45,659 bases of DNA, from contig CAZJYW010000001.1 of NCBI GenBank assembly GCA_964550395.1, positions 1 to 45,659 on the forward strand. Direction: 5' to 3'. A model generated the notes under the pieces. That model did no database searches. It was given only the letters and a program-made list of their open reading frames with translations, and had not been told where the DNA came from. Below are positions 32,856 to 40,845 of the stretch, piece after piece. The stretch comes from an uncultured Candidatus Saccharibacteria bacterium. Its GTDB lineage: Bacteria; Patescibacteriota; Minisyncoccia; Minisyncoccales; CAZJYW01. Each line of letters begins with the position of its first letter. Position 1 is the stretch's first letter. The translations under genes and the position numbers were made by a program.

Positions 32856-35372
32856 ATGGCTAAAGACCCCAATCCAAAAAACAGGGAAATTGGTTACGTC
32901 AAACCGCGGGAAATCACCGAAGAGATGAGGGATTCTTACATTGATTATGCCATGTCGGTGATTATCTCCCGGGCTTTACCCGATGTCAGAGATGGATTGA
33001 AACCGGTTCACCGTCGGATTTTGTATGCGATGCATGAAATGGGATTAAAACACGATGCCAAGTTTAGAAAATCAGCAACGGTAGTAGGAGAGACATTGGG
33101 AAAATATCATCCTCACGGCGATCAATCTGTTTATGATGCCGCGATAAGAATGGCACAAGATTTTTCATTGAGATACCTTTTGATACAGGGTCAAGGAAAC
33201 GTAGGGTCAGTCGATGATCCAAGCGAGTTTGCGGCTATGCGATATACAGAAATGAGAATGTCGAAAATTGGTGAAGAAATGTTAAAAGACATTGAAAAAA
33301 ATACAGTTGATTTTGTTGACAATTATGATGGAACCAGGAAAGAACCCACTGTTTTGCCCTCTCCCTTTCCCCAACTTTTATTAAATGGCTCTCTGGGAAT
33401 TGCTGTTGGCATGGCCACCAATATTCCTCCTCATAATCTTTCGGAAACTTGCGATGCCGCCATTTATTTAATTGACCACCCCAGAGCCGCCACAGAAGAT
33501 TTACTAAAATTTATTAAAGGCCCTGACTTCCCAACTGGCGGAGAAATTTTTAATCAAAAAGAAATAATTCAAGCCTATTCTCAAGGAAAGGGGCCAATTA
33601 TCACCCGGGGTAAGGCCGAAATCACCGAGGACAAAAAAGGCAGACTCCAAATTATGATTACGGAAATTCCCTATCAAGTTCAAAAGTCTTCTTTAGTTGA
33701 GCAATTGGCTAACTTAGTTCAAGAAAAAAAGATTGAAGGAATAAAAGACATTAGAGATGAATCAGATAAAGAGGGGATGAGAATTGTTATTGATTTACAG
33801 CGGGAGGCCATAGCCCAGAAAATTTTAAACCGGCTTTACAAATTTACTGACCTCCAAAAAACTTTCCATTTGAACATGTTGGCCATAGTGGAAGGAATCC
33901 AGCCTCGGGTTTTAAACTTAACCGAACTCTTAAATTATTATCTTTTACATCGAAAAGAAGTAATATATCTGAGAACAAAGTATGACTTGGAGAAAGCCAA
34001 AGAAAGAGCTCATATTTTAGAAGGATTAGATAAATGCCTGGCGAATATCGATGCCGTAATTAGAACAATTAAACAATCGGATAACCGGGAGGAAGCTCAA
34101 AAAAACTTAATAAAAAGGTTTAAATTAACTCAAATTCAGGCTAATGCCGTTTTAGAAACAAAACTTTCAGCCTTAGCCAAATTAGAGAGGAAAAAGATTG
34201 AAGATGAATTAAAAGCGCTCCGTATTAAAATTAAAGAATTAACCGCGATTTTAAAGAGCCCTCAAAAAATAAAAGAAGTGGTTAAGAAAGAGTTGAAAGA
34301 AATAAAAGAAAATTTTGGCGATGAAAGAAGAACCAAAGTCCGTCTCCAAAAAGTGGGCGAAATTGCTGAAGAAGATTTGATTCCCCAAGAGGAAACTATT
34401 ATTACTTTAACTCAAGGAGGTTATATCAAAAGATTAAACCCGGCTACTTATAAAATTCAAAAAAGAGGAGGAAAAGGAATTTTAGGAATGAAAACGGTCG
34501 GAGAAGATATTGTCGAGCACTTTCTAACCGCTAACACTCACGACTCTCTGCTTCTTTTTAGTGATTCGGGAAAAGTTTTTAGAACTCCAGTTTACGAAAT
34601 TCCCGAAGGAACTAGAGTAGCCAAGGGAAGAGGTCTTTTAAATTTTCTAGAAATTTCTTCTCAAGAGAAAATCTTATCTCTGATGTCCTTAGGGAAAGCC
34701 GACCAGGGTTTTATCAAATATTTAGTAATTGCCACCAAAGATGGTATAATCAAAAAAACAGCCCTTGAAGAATTTGAAAATGTGAGAAGGTCAGGTTTAA
34801 TTGCCATCACTCTTAAAAAGGGGGATGCCTTAAGGAAAGTTTCAAGAACCACCGGTGAGGATGAAATTATTTTAGTGACTAAAAAAGGTCAGTCTGTCCG
34901 CTTCAAGGAAAAAGAAATAAGGCCGATGGGAAGAGCGGCAGCCGGAATTAGAGGAATCAAGCTTAAAAAAGCTGATGAAGTGGTCGGGATGGACGTTGTT
35001 GACGTTAAACGTCAACAGGGGAAAAAACAATATCTATTAGTTGTAACGGAAAATGGGTTTGGGAAGAGGACGGATTTAAAAGAATATAGACTTCAGGGTA
35101 GGGGAGGTTCGGGGATTAAAACTGTTCAAGTTGCCCCCAAAACCGGAGATTTAGTAGCTTCAAAAGTTTTAACTACCCGAGCATTAGCGAAGGGTGAAAA
35201 TGAAGCCAAGGCTTCATTGCCTACCGAAGAAGATTTAATTGTTATTTCTCAAAAAGGTCAGGTGATAAGGGCGGCAATTTCTAGTATCTCCAAACTTTCC
35301 CGGGTTACCCAAGGAGTAAGAATAATGAAATTAGGAGAGGGAGACCAGGTAGCTTCAGCCACCTGTATCTAA
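32856..35372 (+). CDS. gyrA: DNA gyrase subunit A
   Basis: [12 protein letters not shown]...[31 protein letters not shown], active-site context AAMRYTE, and a C-terminal beta-pinwheel with repeated G.GKR/RGG.G motifs. The start is set at the ATG at 32856, not the upstream in-frame extension. Confidence 0.93.
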   Translation: MAKDPNPKNREIGYVKPREITEEMRDSYIDYAMSVIISRALPDVRDGLKPVHRRILYAMHEMGLKHDAKFRKSATVVGETLGKYHPHGDQSVYDAAIRMAQDFSLRYLLIQGQGNVGSVDDPSEFAAMRYTEMRMSKIGEEMLKDIEKNTVDFVDNYDGTRKEPTVLPSPFPQLLLNGSLGIAVGMATNIPPHNLSETCDAAIYLIDHPRAATEDLLKFIKGPDFPTGGEIFNQKEIIQAYSQGKGPIITRGKAEITEDKKGRLQIMITEIPYQVQKSSLVEQLANLVQEKKIEGIKDIRDESDKEGMRIVIDLQREAIAQKILNRLYKFTDLQKTFHLNMLAIVEGIQPRVLNLTELLNYYLLHRKEVIYLRTKYDLEKAKERAHILEGLDKCLANIDAVIRTIKQSDNREEAQKNLIKRFKLTQIQANAVLETKLSALAKLERKKIEDELKALRIKIKELTAILKSPQKIKEVVKKELKEIKENFGDERRTKVRLQKVGEIAEEDLIPQEETIITLTQGGYIKRLNPATYKIQKRGGKGILGMKTVGEDIVEHFLTANTHDSLLLFSDSGKVFRTPVYEIPEGTRVAKGRGLLNFLEISSQEKILSLMSLGKADQGFIKYLVIATKDGIIKKTALEEFENVRRSGLIAITLKKGDALRKVSRTTGEDEIILVTKKGQSVRFKEKEIRPMGRAAAGIRGIKLKKADEVVGMDVVDVKRQQGKKQYLLVVTENGFGKRTDLKEYRLQGRGGSGIKTVQVAPKTGDLVASKVLTTRALAKGENEAKASLPTEEDLIVISQKGQVIRAAISSISKLSRVTQGVRIMKLGEGDQVASATCI
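34998..35016. repeat. 19-bp palindrome inside the gyrA C-terminal domain
   Basis: GTTGACGTT-A-AACGTCAAC, encoding VDVKRQQ. Confidence 0.65.
35176..35222 (+). repeat. Degenerate partial copy (E) of the two-hairpin element, in frame in gyrA
   Basis: CCGAGCATTAGCGAAGGGTGAAAATGAAGCCAAGGCTTCATTGCC aligns with CCGAGC...GCGAAGGCTGGAGATGAAG...CTTCATCGAC of copy A. It lacks hairpin 1 and keeps the hairpin ATGAAGCC-AA-GGCTTCAT. Confidence 0.5.
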
Positions 35373-35394
35373 TAAAAATTTTCGATTTCCAATC

Positions 35395-35910
35395 ATGGAA
35401 AGTTTCCTTAACCCCCCAGAAGTTCTAAAACAATTAAAGCTAAAGAAAGAAATGGTGGCGGCGGATTTTGGTTGTGGCTCTGGTGGTTGGGCCTTACCTT
35501 TAGCCAAAAAATTAGAGGAAGGGAAAATTTATGCTCTAGATATATTAGAAGAACCCCTTTCCGCTTTAAAGGCCAGAACCAAATTAGAAAAAATTTTAAA
35601 TATCGAAACTATCCGGGCTGATATCGAGAAAAGAACGCCCCTATCGTCAAATTCAGTTGATTTAGTTTTAATGACCGATCTTTTATTTGAATGCGAAGAT
35701 AAAAAAATGGTTTTGGGAGAAGGAAAGAGAGTTTTAAAGCCGGGTGGGAAAATTTTAGTTGTGGACTGGAAAATAGATGCTACGATTGGTCCTGAAGAGG
35801 GTAGGGTTTCAACTGAAGAAGTGAAAAAAATAGCCAAAGACCTTGATTTAAAACCAGAAAAGGAATTCGAAGCTGGTATTTACCACTGGGGCTTAATTGT
35901 GGTAAAATAA
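35395..35910 (+). CDS. Class I SAM-dependent methyltransferase
   Basis: Motif I VADFGCGSGGW and post-I ALDI, with LKPGGKILVVDW downstream. Confidence 0.8.
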   Translation: MESFLNPPEVLKQLKLKKEMVAADFGCGSGGWALPLAKKLEEGKIYALDILEEPLSALKARTKLEKILNIETIRADIEKRTPLSSNSVDLVLMTDLLFECEDKKMVLGEGKRVLKPGGKILVVDWKIDATIGPEEGRVSTEEVKKIAKDLDLKPEKEFEAGIYHWGLIVVK

Positions 35911-35914
35911 AAAC

Positions 35915-36241
35915 ATGAAAAAAATTCTTCTAATTTCACTTCTACTTAGCTTGCCAATTGTTGTTTTAGCAGTAGAATTTCAAAATCCCCTCGAGTACGA
36001 AACCTTTGGAGAGTTAATTGACGCCATTATTAAGTTTATCTTTTATATCGCGGTTGTCATTGCTCCTCTAATGATAATCATTGGGGCATTTTATATCTTA
36101 ACTGCCGGGGGTGACCCCAAAAAAATTGGCACTGGTAAAAACATAATCATCTACACTTTAGTTGGATTAGTTATTATTTTACTTGCCAGAGGACTTATTG
36201 CGATGATAGAATCGTTAATAGGAGTAAAAATTGGCGGATAA
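35915..36241 (+). CDS. TrbC/VirB2-like small pilin-type membrane protein (paralog 1)
   Basis: Signal peptide plus two TM helices joined by the loop TAGGDPKKIGTGKN. This layout is common in CPR pilin-like proteins. Confidence 0.6.
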   Translation: MKKILLISLLLSLPIVVLAVEFQNPLEYETFGELIDAIIKFIFYIAVVIAPLMIIIGAFYILTAGGDPKKIGTGKNIIIYTLVGLVIILLARGLIAMIESLIGVKIGG

Positions 36242-36249
36242 AAAAATTC

Positions 36250-36261
36250 ACCCCGCCCTCT
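36250..36261. repeat. Left arm of the 12-bp inverted repeat flanking the GIY-YIG gene
   Basis: ACCCCGCCCTCT is the exact reverse complement of 36489-36500. Confidence 0.8.
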
Positions 36262-36268
36262 ATGCTGT

Positions 36269-36490
36269 ATGTATTATGTTTATGTTTTGCGACGGAAAAG
36301 AGGTGATAAATTCTATATAGGGTCTACTAACAATTTAGGAAGAAGGATGATGGAGCATCGGACAGAAAATGATTTTAGGCTAATTTACTACGAGGCCTAT
36401 CAATCAGAAAAAATAGCAAGAAATAGAGAAAAAAGATTAAAATATTATGGTAGTGCCTGGCGAGCCCTCAAAAAAAGGATTGCTGCTTAG
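36269..36490 (+). CDS. Small GIY-YIG nuclease-domain protein (73 aa)
   Basis: YYVYVLRRKRGDKFYIGSTNNLGRRMMEH matches the GIY-YIG core (GIY...YIG...R..H). Confidence 0.8.
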   Translation: MYYVYVLRRKRGDKFYIGSTNNLGRRMMEHRTENDFRLIYYEAYQSEKIARNREKRLKYYGSAWRALKKRIAA

Positions 36491-36500
36491 AGGGCGGGGT
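36489..36500. repeat. Right arm of the 12-bp inverted repeat flanking the GIY-YIG gene
   Basis: AGAGGGCGGGGT. It overlaps the TAG stop of the GIY-YIG ORF. Confidence 0.8.
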
Positions 36501-36553
36501 AAAAAGGTCGAGCCCAGGGAAATAAAACATAAAACATAAAAAATAAAATATTA

Positions 36554-36976
36554 ATGAAAAAAATTTTATCAGCTTTGGTCTTAATTAGTCTGGCGGCTGT
36601 TTTGGCAGTACCGATGATGATTTCGGCTCAGGAAGGAGCTCCGACGGAGTGTAATATTACTAAAGATTTGAGTGGTTTAACTGGAATAAGCTGTCCGTCT
36701 TCGGGCACCTGTCCTTTTGATAGTCCTAGTTATGATTGTGGAATGTGTTGTTTAATGAATGCCATCTATACTGTTACAGATTGGATATTTGTTCTCTTAA
36801 TAGCAATTGTAGCCGTTATGGTAATTGCTGGAGCCTTCACTTTAGTAACTGCAGCTGGTGCTCCAGAGAAAGTGACCTCGGGAAGGAATTACATAATCTA
36901 TGCCATGATTGGAATGGTAGTTGCTCTTTTGGCTAAAGCTATTCCAGCTATTGTTAAGGGGTTAATGGGATTGTAA
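36554..36976 (+). CDS. TrbC/VirB2-like small pilin-type membrane protein (paralog 2) with Cys-rich N-terminal extension
   Basis: Signal peptide, an 8-Cys segment (ECNIT...CPSSGTCPFDSPSYDCGMCC), then the same two-TM core with the loop TAAGAPEKVTSGRN as in 35915-36241. Confidence 0.6.
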   Translation: MKKILSALVLISLAAVLAVPMMISAQEGAPTECNITKDLSGLTGISCPSSGTCPFDSPSYDCGMCCLMNAIYTVTDWIFVLLIAIVAVMVIAGAFTLVTAAGAPEKVTSGRNYIIYAMIGMVVALLAKAIPAIVKGLMGL

Positions 36977-37003
36977 AAATTTGGGGCCAATTCTATTTTT
37001 GTA

Positions 37004-37050
37004 AAATCAACCCGAGCACATAAATTGGGTTATGTGCTCGGTTGATTTTT
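37004..37050. terminator. CGAGCACAT palindromic hairpin, copy 2 (terminator-like, followed by a T-run)
   Basis: AATCAACCCGAGCACATAA-ATTGGG-TTATGTGCTCGGTTGATT followed by TTTT. Confidence 0.7.
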
Positions 37051-37069
37051 TAGTAAAATGAGATAAAAT
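37042..37069 (+). promoter_or_regulatory. Sigma70-like promoter for tRNA-Leu(UAG)
   Basis: TTGATT (37042-37047), 16-nt spacer, TAAAAT (37064-37069). The tRNA starts 7 nt downstream. Confidence 0.45.
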
Positions 37070-37075
37070 ATTGAT

Positions 37076-37157
37076 GCGGACGTGGTGAAATTGGGAAACA
37101 CGCAAGATTTAGGATCTTGTGTCGAAAGACTTGTGGGTTCGAGTCCCACCGTCCGCA
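37076..37157 (+). tRNA. tRNA-Leu (anticodon UAG)
   Basis: Acceptor GCGGACG/CGTCCGC. Anticodon arm CAAGA-TTTAGGA-TCTTG. Long variable arm. Confidence 0.85.
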
Positions 37158-37161
37158 CTAA

Positions 37162-37193
37162 AACCGAGCACATAAAACGTTATGTGCTCGGTT
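37162..37193. terminator. CGAGCACAT palindromic hairpin, copy 3 (between tRNA-Leu and the convergent hsp20)
   Basis: AACCGAGCACATAA-AACG-TTATGTGCTCGGTT. Confidence 0.7.
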
Positions 37194-37222
37194 AATCATT
37201 GGAAAATTGAAAATTTCTTATT

Positions 37223-37828
37223 TTATCCTCTTACATTTATTTTTCTCTTTCTTTCTCTTAAAATTTTCGGTATCCTGATAGTTAAAATTCCTTCTTTCAT
37301 TGTGGCTTCCACCCGCCCAGGGTCAACTTCCACTGGCAAAATTACCTCTCGGGAAAATGGCCCCCAATAACATTCTTGAGTAAAATAATTCTCTTCCTGC
37401 TCCGATAATCTTTCCCTATTTCCTCGAATAGTTAGTACATCACTTTCCATTGAAATATCTAAATTTTCTGGCTTTACTCCAGCAATTGCCGATTGAATAA
37501 TCAGCTCATTTTCGGTTTGATAAACATCAATTGCCAGTTGTCCCTCTGGTTCGAACCACTTTTCTTTATCCTTCACAGCTTTAGTCAAGGAAGGTTCTTC
37601 TTTCTTTACTTCGGGTTCTTCAATTTTTTCAAGTTCGGGTTCAATTGGTTCTGCTTTAATTTCCAATTTTCTTACTCTCGGCACTCTCGCTTTTTTCGCC
37701 TGTCCCGTAGGAAGCCGAAGGCTTTCCTTCGGGGGGTTTTTTTCTACCTTTTCTATCCCTTCTTCAACTGGTCCTTCAATTCCCATTCCCTTTTTTAATT
37801 TTTCGAAAAAAGAAGATTCCTTTTCCAT
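37223..37828 (-). CDS. Hsp20/alpha-crystallin family small heat-shock protein with Lys/Glu-rich N-terminal extension
   Basis: The C-terminal alpha-crystallin domain reads LAIDVYQTENELIIQSAIAGVKPENLDISMESDVLTIRG...FSREVILPVEVDPGRVEATMKEGILTIRIPK. Confidence 0.85.
   Translation of the reverse strand: MEKESSFFEKLKKGMGIEGPVEEGIEKVEKNPPKESLRLPTGQAKKARVPRVRKLEIKAEPIEPELEKIEEPEVKKEEPSLTKAVKDKEKWFEPEGQLAIDVYQTENELIIQSAIAGVKPENLDISMESDVLTIRGNRERLSEQEENYFTQECYWGPFSREVILPVEVDPGRVEATMKEGILTIRIPKILRERKRKINVRG
37715..37732. repeat. GC-rich hairpin inside the hsp20 N-terminal extension
   Basis: CCGAAGG-CTTT-CCTTCGG, a perfect 7-bp stem inside the GC-rich block 37697-37736. Confidence 0.6.
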
Positions 37829-37829
37829 A

Positions 37830-38561
37830 TTAATTAATTTTACAAATACTTTTCATTTTTTTCAACCTTTTGAATCCCAAGGAAACAAAGAGGGCCAAAC
37901 TAATCAAGATAATAATAGGAATTAAGAATCTCAGGCTTCCCTCAATTTCCATAATAGAAAAATTATAAAGTCCATGCAAGAGGCAGGCTATTCCCAAGCC
38001 GACAGCTAAGAGCGATATCCGGTTTTTTGTTTCGGAAAAAGATAGAGCCAGAAAGAGACCTACGGTTCCTGAACATAAGGCATGTAAAAAGGTTGCTCCT
38101 AAAAACCTGGCAACCGTAATCGAAAAAGCTTCTCCGAGTAAAAAGGTTGGACCGAGAGTGATTAAAATCAAAATGTTTTCTAAAGCGGCAAAACCCAGAG
38201 CGGCAATTATCATATAAAGCAAGGCATCGGTTGGTTCATCAAATTCGGCACTCTTCAGTACTTTTTCTTTCACCACTAGATATTTTAGAACCTCTTCAAC
38301 CAGAGCTACTCCGATCAAAGCATTAAAAATAATAATTAAAAAGGGAGAGAGGAGATTAGATAATGGTGGGTGCAAGGTGCTCTCAAAAATTCCCTTTTCT
38401 AAGAAAACCGCTGGGATGGCAGCCAACATTCCATAAAAGAAAATTTTTATTACCTGGGAATTAGGTTCAGGATGAACATCTTTTCTCAAATAAAACAAAA
38501 GCCAGATTAGGCTGGGCAGAACTCCAAAAAAAATATAAAGAGGATAACTCATTTGGGCCAT
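37830..38561 (-). CDS. prsW: PrsW-family intramembrane metalloprotease
   Basis: Multi-TM protein with the PrsW motifs VEEVLKY, GFAALEN and HALCSG. Its stop is 1 nt from the hsp20 start. Confidence 0.8.
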   Translation of the reverse strand: MAQMSYPLYIFFGVLPSLIWLLFYLRKDVHPEPNSQVIKIFFYGMLAAIPAVFLEKGIFESTLHPPLSNLLSPFLIIIFNALIGVALVEEVLKYLVVKEKVLKSAEFDEPTDALLYMIIAALGFAALENILILITLGPTFLLGEAFSITVARFLGATFLHALCSGTVGLFLALSFSETKNRISLLAVGLGIACLLHGLYNFSIMEIEGSLRFLIPIIILISLALFVSLGFKRLKKMKSICKIN

Positions 38562-38577
38562 TTTTCAATCATTAAAC

Positions 38578-38630
38578 GCCGAGCCACCGAAGGTGGCGAA
38601 GGTGGAGATGAGGGACTCGCCCTCATCGAC
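38578..38630 (+). repeat. GC-rich two-hairpin repeat element, copy B (valS-prsW intergenic)
   Basis: GCCGAGCCACCGAAGGTGGCGAAGGTGGAGATGAGGGACTCGCCCTCATCGAC. Its last base is part of the valS stop codon. Confidence 0.85.
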
Positions 38631-40747
38631 TATTTGGGCCATTCCTCGATCATCAGGCATTTCTTTTTATTCTCTATTGGTAATTTTTGATAGATTTCTT
38701 CAGTGATGAAAGGCATGAATGGATGCAAAAGTTTTTGAGAAGTTAGTAATACATATAATAGAACTTTCTCTGTATTTTCTTTTTCAGTTTTGGATTTTGG
38801 ATTTTGGATTTTGGATTTCGATGATTCAATATAAACATCGCAGAAGTCATGCCAGAAAAAATTATAGAGGATATGGGCGGCCTGGCCGAACTGAAAACCT
38901 CCCAAATTTTTATTAACTGATTTTATTGTTTTATCTAAGGCTCGAAGAATTCTTTTATCAGCCAATGTTAACTTTGAGCCAGAGCACAAAATCTTTGTGC
39001 TCGGCCGAGCACTCAACCCTATTTGAGTACTCTGGTTTTGCATCATTACAAATCGGCTAGCATTCCAAATCTTGTTACAGAACTTCTTTCCCATAACTAT
39101 ATTGTCTTCAGTAAATCTAATATCCTGTCCTCCCATAATTTGCCAGGCTATCCCAAATCGGGTAGCATCGGCTCCATATTTTTCAATGAGATTTATCGGG
39201 TCTACTCCGGTACCAAGAGATTTTGACATTCTTTCCCCCTCTTTGGTTAAAACAGTAGCATGGACATAGACCTCTCGAAATGGCTCTTTTTTCATAAATT
39301 CCATCCCGGAAAATATCATCCTGGCTACCCAGAGATTTATAATTCCTCGGTCAGTACTCAGAACATTGGTTGGATAAAACCTTTTTAAGTCTTTGGTTTT
39401 TTGGGGCCAACCAAGGGTGGCAAATGGCCAGAGAGCAGAGGAAAACCAGGTATCCAGAACATCGTTCACGCCTTTTAAGGGTATTTTATGACCCCACCAG
39501 ATTTGTCTGGAAATGCACCAATCTCTGATGTTCTTTAACCAGTCAAAGTAGATTTTTTCCCACCTTTTGGGAATAAATTTTATCCGGCCTAATTTAACAG
39601 CCTTGATAGATTTTTTAGCCAGTTTATCCATTTTTAAAAACCACTGCTTAGAGGGAATCAATTCAACCGTTGTGTTGCAGCGGTAACATTTAGGAACTTG
39701 ATGATTGTACTCCTCAACTTTTTCTAAAAGTCCTAATTTTTCCAAATCTTCAACCACTTTTTGTCTAACCTCCAAAACCTTTAAGCCCCGGTATGGCAGA
39801 GGAGAATTTTTAGTCATTCTGCCGTTTTCATCAATTACTTTAACTGAACCTAATTTATGCCGGAGACCAATTTCGTAGTCGGTCAAATCGTGGGCTGGAG
39901 TAATTTTAACAGCGCCAGTGCCAAATTTTGGGTCAACTAATCCATCAGCCACGATAGGAATTTTTTTATTGACTAAAGGCAAAGTAACTTTTTTACCGAT
40001 TAATTTTTTATATCTTTTGTCGCCGGGATTAACGGCAACCGCCGTGTCTCCCAGCATGGTTTCGGGTCTGGTGGTGGCAACAGTTATAAAAGGAGGATAT
40101 TTTATATACCAAAGATGACCCTTTTCTTCTTTATATTCTAATTCTAGGTCTGATAAAGAGGTGGCGCACCTTGAACACCAATTGATTACTCTTTCTCCTT
40201 GATAAATCCAGCCTTTTTTGTAGTAATGTAAAAAGGCAGCTTCCACTGCTCGGATATAATCTTTGTCCATGGTAAAACGGGCTCTCGACCAATCAAACGA
40301 AGCGCCTAATTTTTTAAATTGATTTAAAATTATATTTTCGTATTGATCCATCCAGTCCCACATTGTTTTAATAAACTTTTCTTTACCTAAATCAAACCTT
40401 GTTTTACCTTCTTTTTTTAATTTTTTCTCTACTTTGTTTTGGGCAGAGATGCCGGCATGGTCGGTGCCGGGCAGCCATAAAGTTTTAAATCCCTGAAGTT
40501 TTTTCCAGCGGATTAAAATATCCTGAACAGTGACATTTAAAGCATGGCCCATATGAAGCTCACCAGTAATATTTGGGGGAGGGATAACAATACAATAAGG
40601 CTTTTTATGACGTTTAGGAAGCTTATCAGGATTAAAAAAACCAGACTTTCGCCAGAGATTGTAAGTTTTATTTTCCACCTTTTTCGGATTATAAGCCTTC
40701 GGAAGTTTCATATATCTTATTCTATCAACTGACTTGCCTTTTTTCAA
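38630..40747 (-). CDS. valS: Valine--tRNA ligase (short form lacking the long C-terminal coiled coil)
   Basis: HIGH-type motif PPNITGELHMGHAL, KMSKS-type RMSKSLG, CP1 editing domain and anticodon-binding helices. The likely start is the internal ATG at 40711 (MKLPKAYNP). Confidence 0.92.
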   Translation of the reverse strand: MKKGKSVDRIRYMKLPKAYNPKKVENKTYNLWRKSGFFNPDKLPKRHKKPYCIVIPPPNITGELHMGHALNVTVQDILIRWKKLQGFKTLWLPGTDHAGISAQNKVEKKLKKEGKTRFDLGKEKFIKTMWDWMDQYENIILNQFKKLGASFDWSRARFTMDKDYIRAVEAAFLHYYKKGWIYQGERVINWCSRCATSLSDLELEYKEEKGHLWYIKYPPFITVATTRPETMLGDTAVAVNPGDKRYKKLIGKKVTLPLVNKKIPIVADGLVDPKFGTGAVKITPAHDLTDYEIGLRHKLGSVKVIDENGRMTKNSPLPYRGLKVLEVRQKVVEDLEKLGLLEKVEEYNHQVPKCYRCNTTVELIPSKQWFLKMDKLAKKSIKAVKLGRIKFIPKRWEKIYFDWLKNIRDWCISRQIWWGHKIPLKGVNDVLDTWFSSALWPFATLGWPQKTKDLKRFYPTNVLSTDRGIINLWVARMIFSGMEFMKKEPFREVYVHATVLTKEGERMSKSLGTGVDPINLIEKYGADATRFGIAWQIMGGQDIRFTEDNIVMGKKFCNKIWNASRFVMMQNQSTQIGLSARPSTKILCSGSKLTLADKRILRALDKTIKSVNKNLGGFQFGQAAHILYNFFWHDFCDVYIESSKSKIQNPKSKTEKENTEKVLLYVLLTSQKLLHPFMPFITEEIYQKLPIENKKKCLMIEEWPK
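38787..38817. repeat. Heptanucleotide tandem repeat (GGATTTT, about 4 units) inside valS
   Basis: GTTTTGGATTTTGGATTTTGGATTTTGGATTT, encoding SKSKIQNPKSK on the minus strand. Confidence 0.8.
38978..39035. repeat. Double GAGCAC-type hairpin block, in frame inside valS
   Basis: GAGCACAAA-ATC-TTTGTGCTC (38982-39002), then CGAGCACTCAA-CCCTAT-TTGAGTACTCTG. The block encodes the QSTQIGLSARPSTKILCSGSK loop. Confidence 0.65.
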
Positions 40748-40773
40748 ATTTTAAGTTAAAATTAAAATAATTT

Positions 40774-40844
40774 GGCGCATTCGTCTATCGGAAGGACGCC
40801 TGGCCTTCAATCAGGCAAGATGGGTTCGACTCCCATATGCGCCA
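40774..40844 (+). tRNA. tRNA-Glu (anticodon UUC) with C at position 33
   Basis: Acceptor GGCGCAT/ATGCGCC. D-arm GTCT-ATCGGAA-GGAC. Anticodon arm CCTGG-CCTTCAA-TCAGG. Confidence 0.75.
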
Positions 40845-40845
40845 T

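Noticed and set aside
36527-36553. The AAAACATAAAACATAAAAAATAAAAT run upstream of the second pilin paralog as a possible tandem repeat.
   Set aside because: It has only two short units in an A-rich spacer and cannot be told apart from low-complexity AT-rich intergenic sequence.
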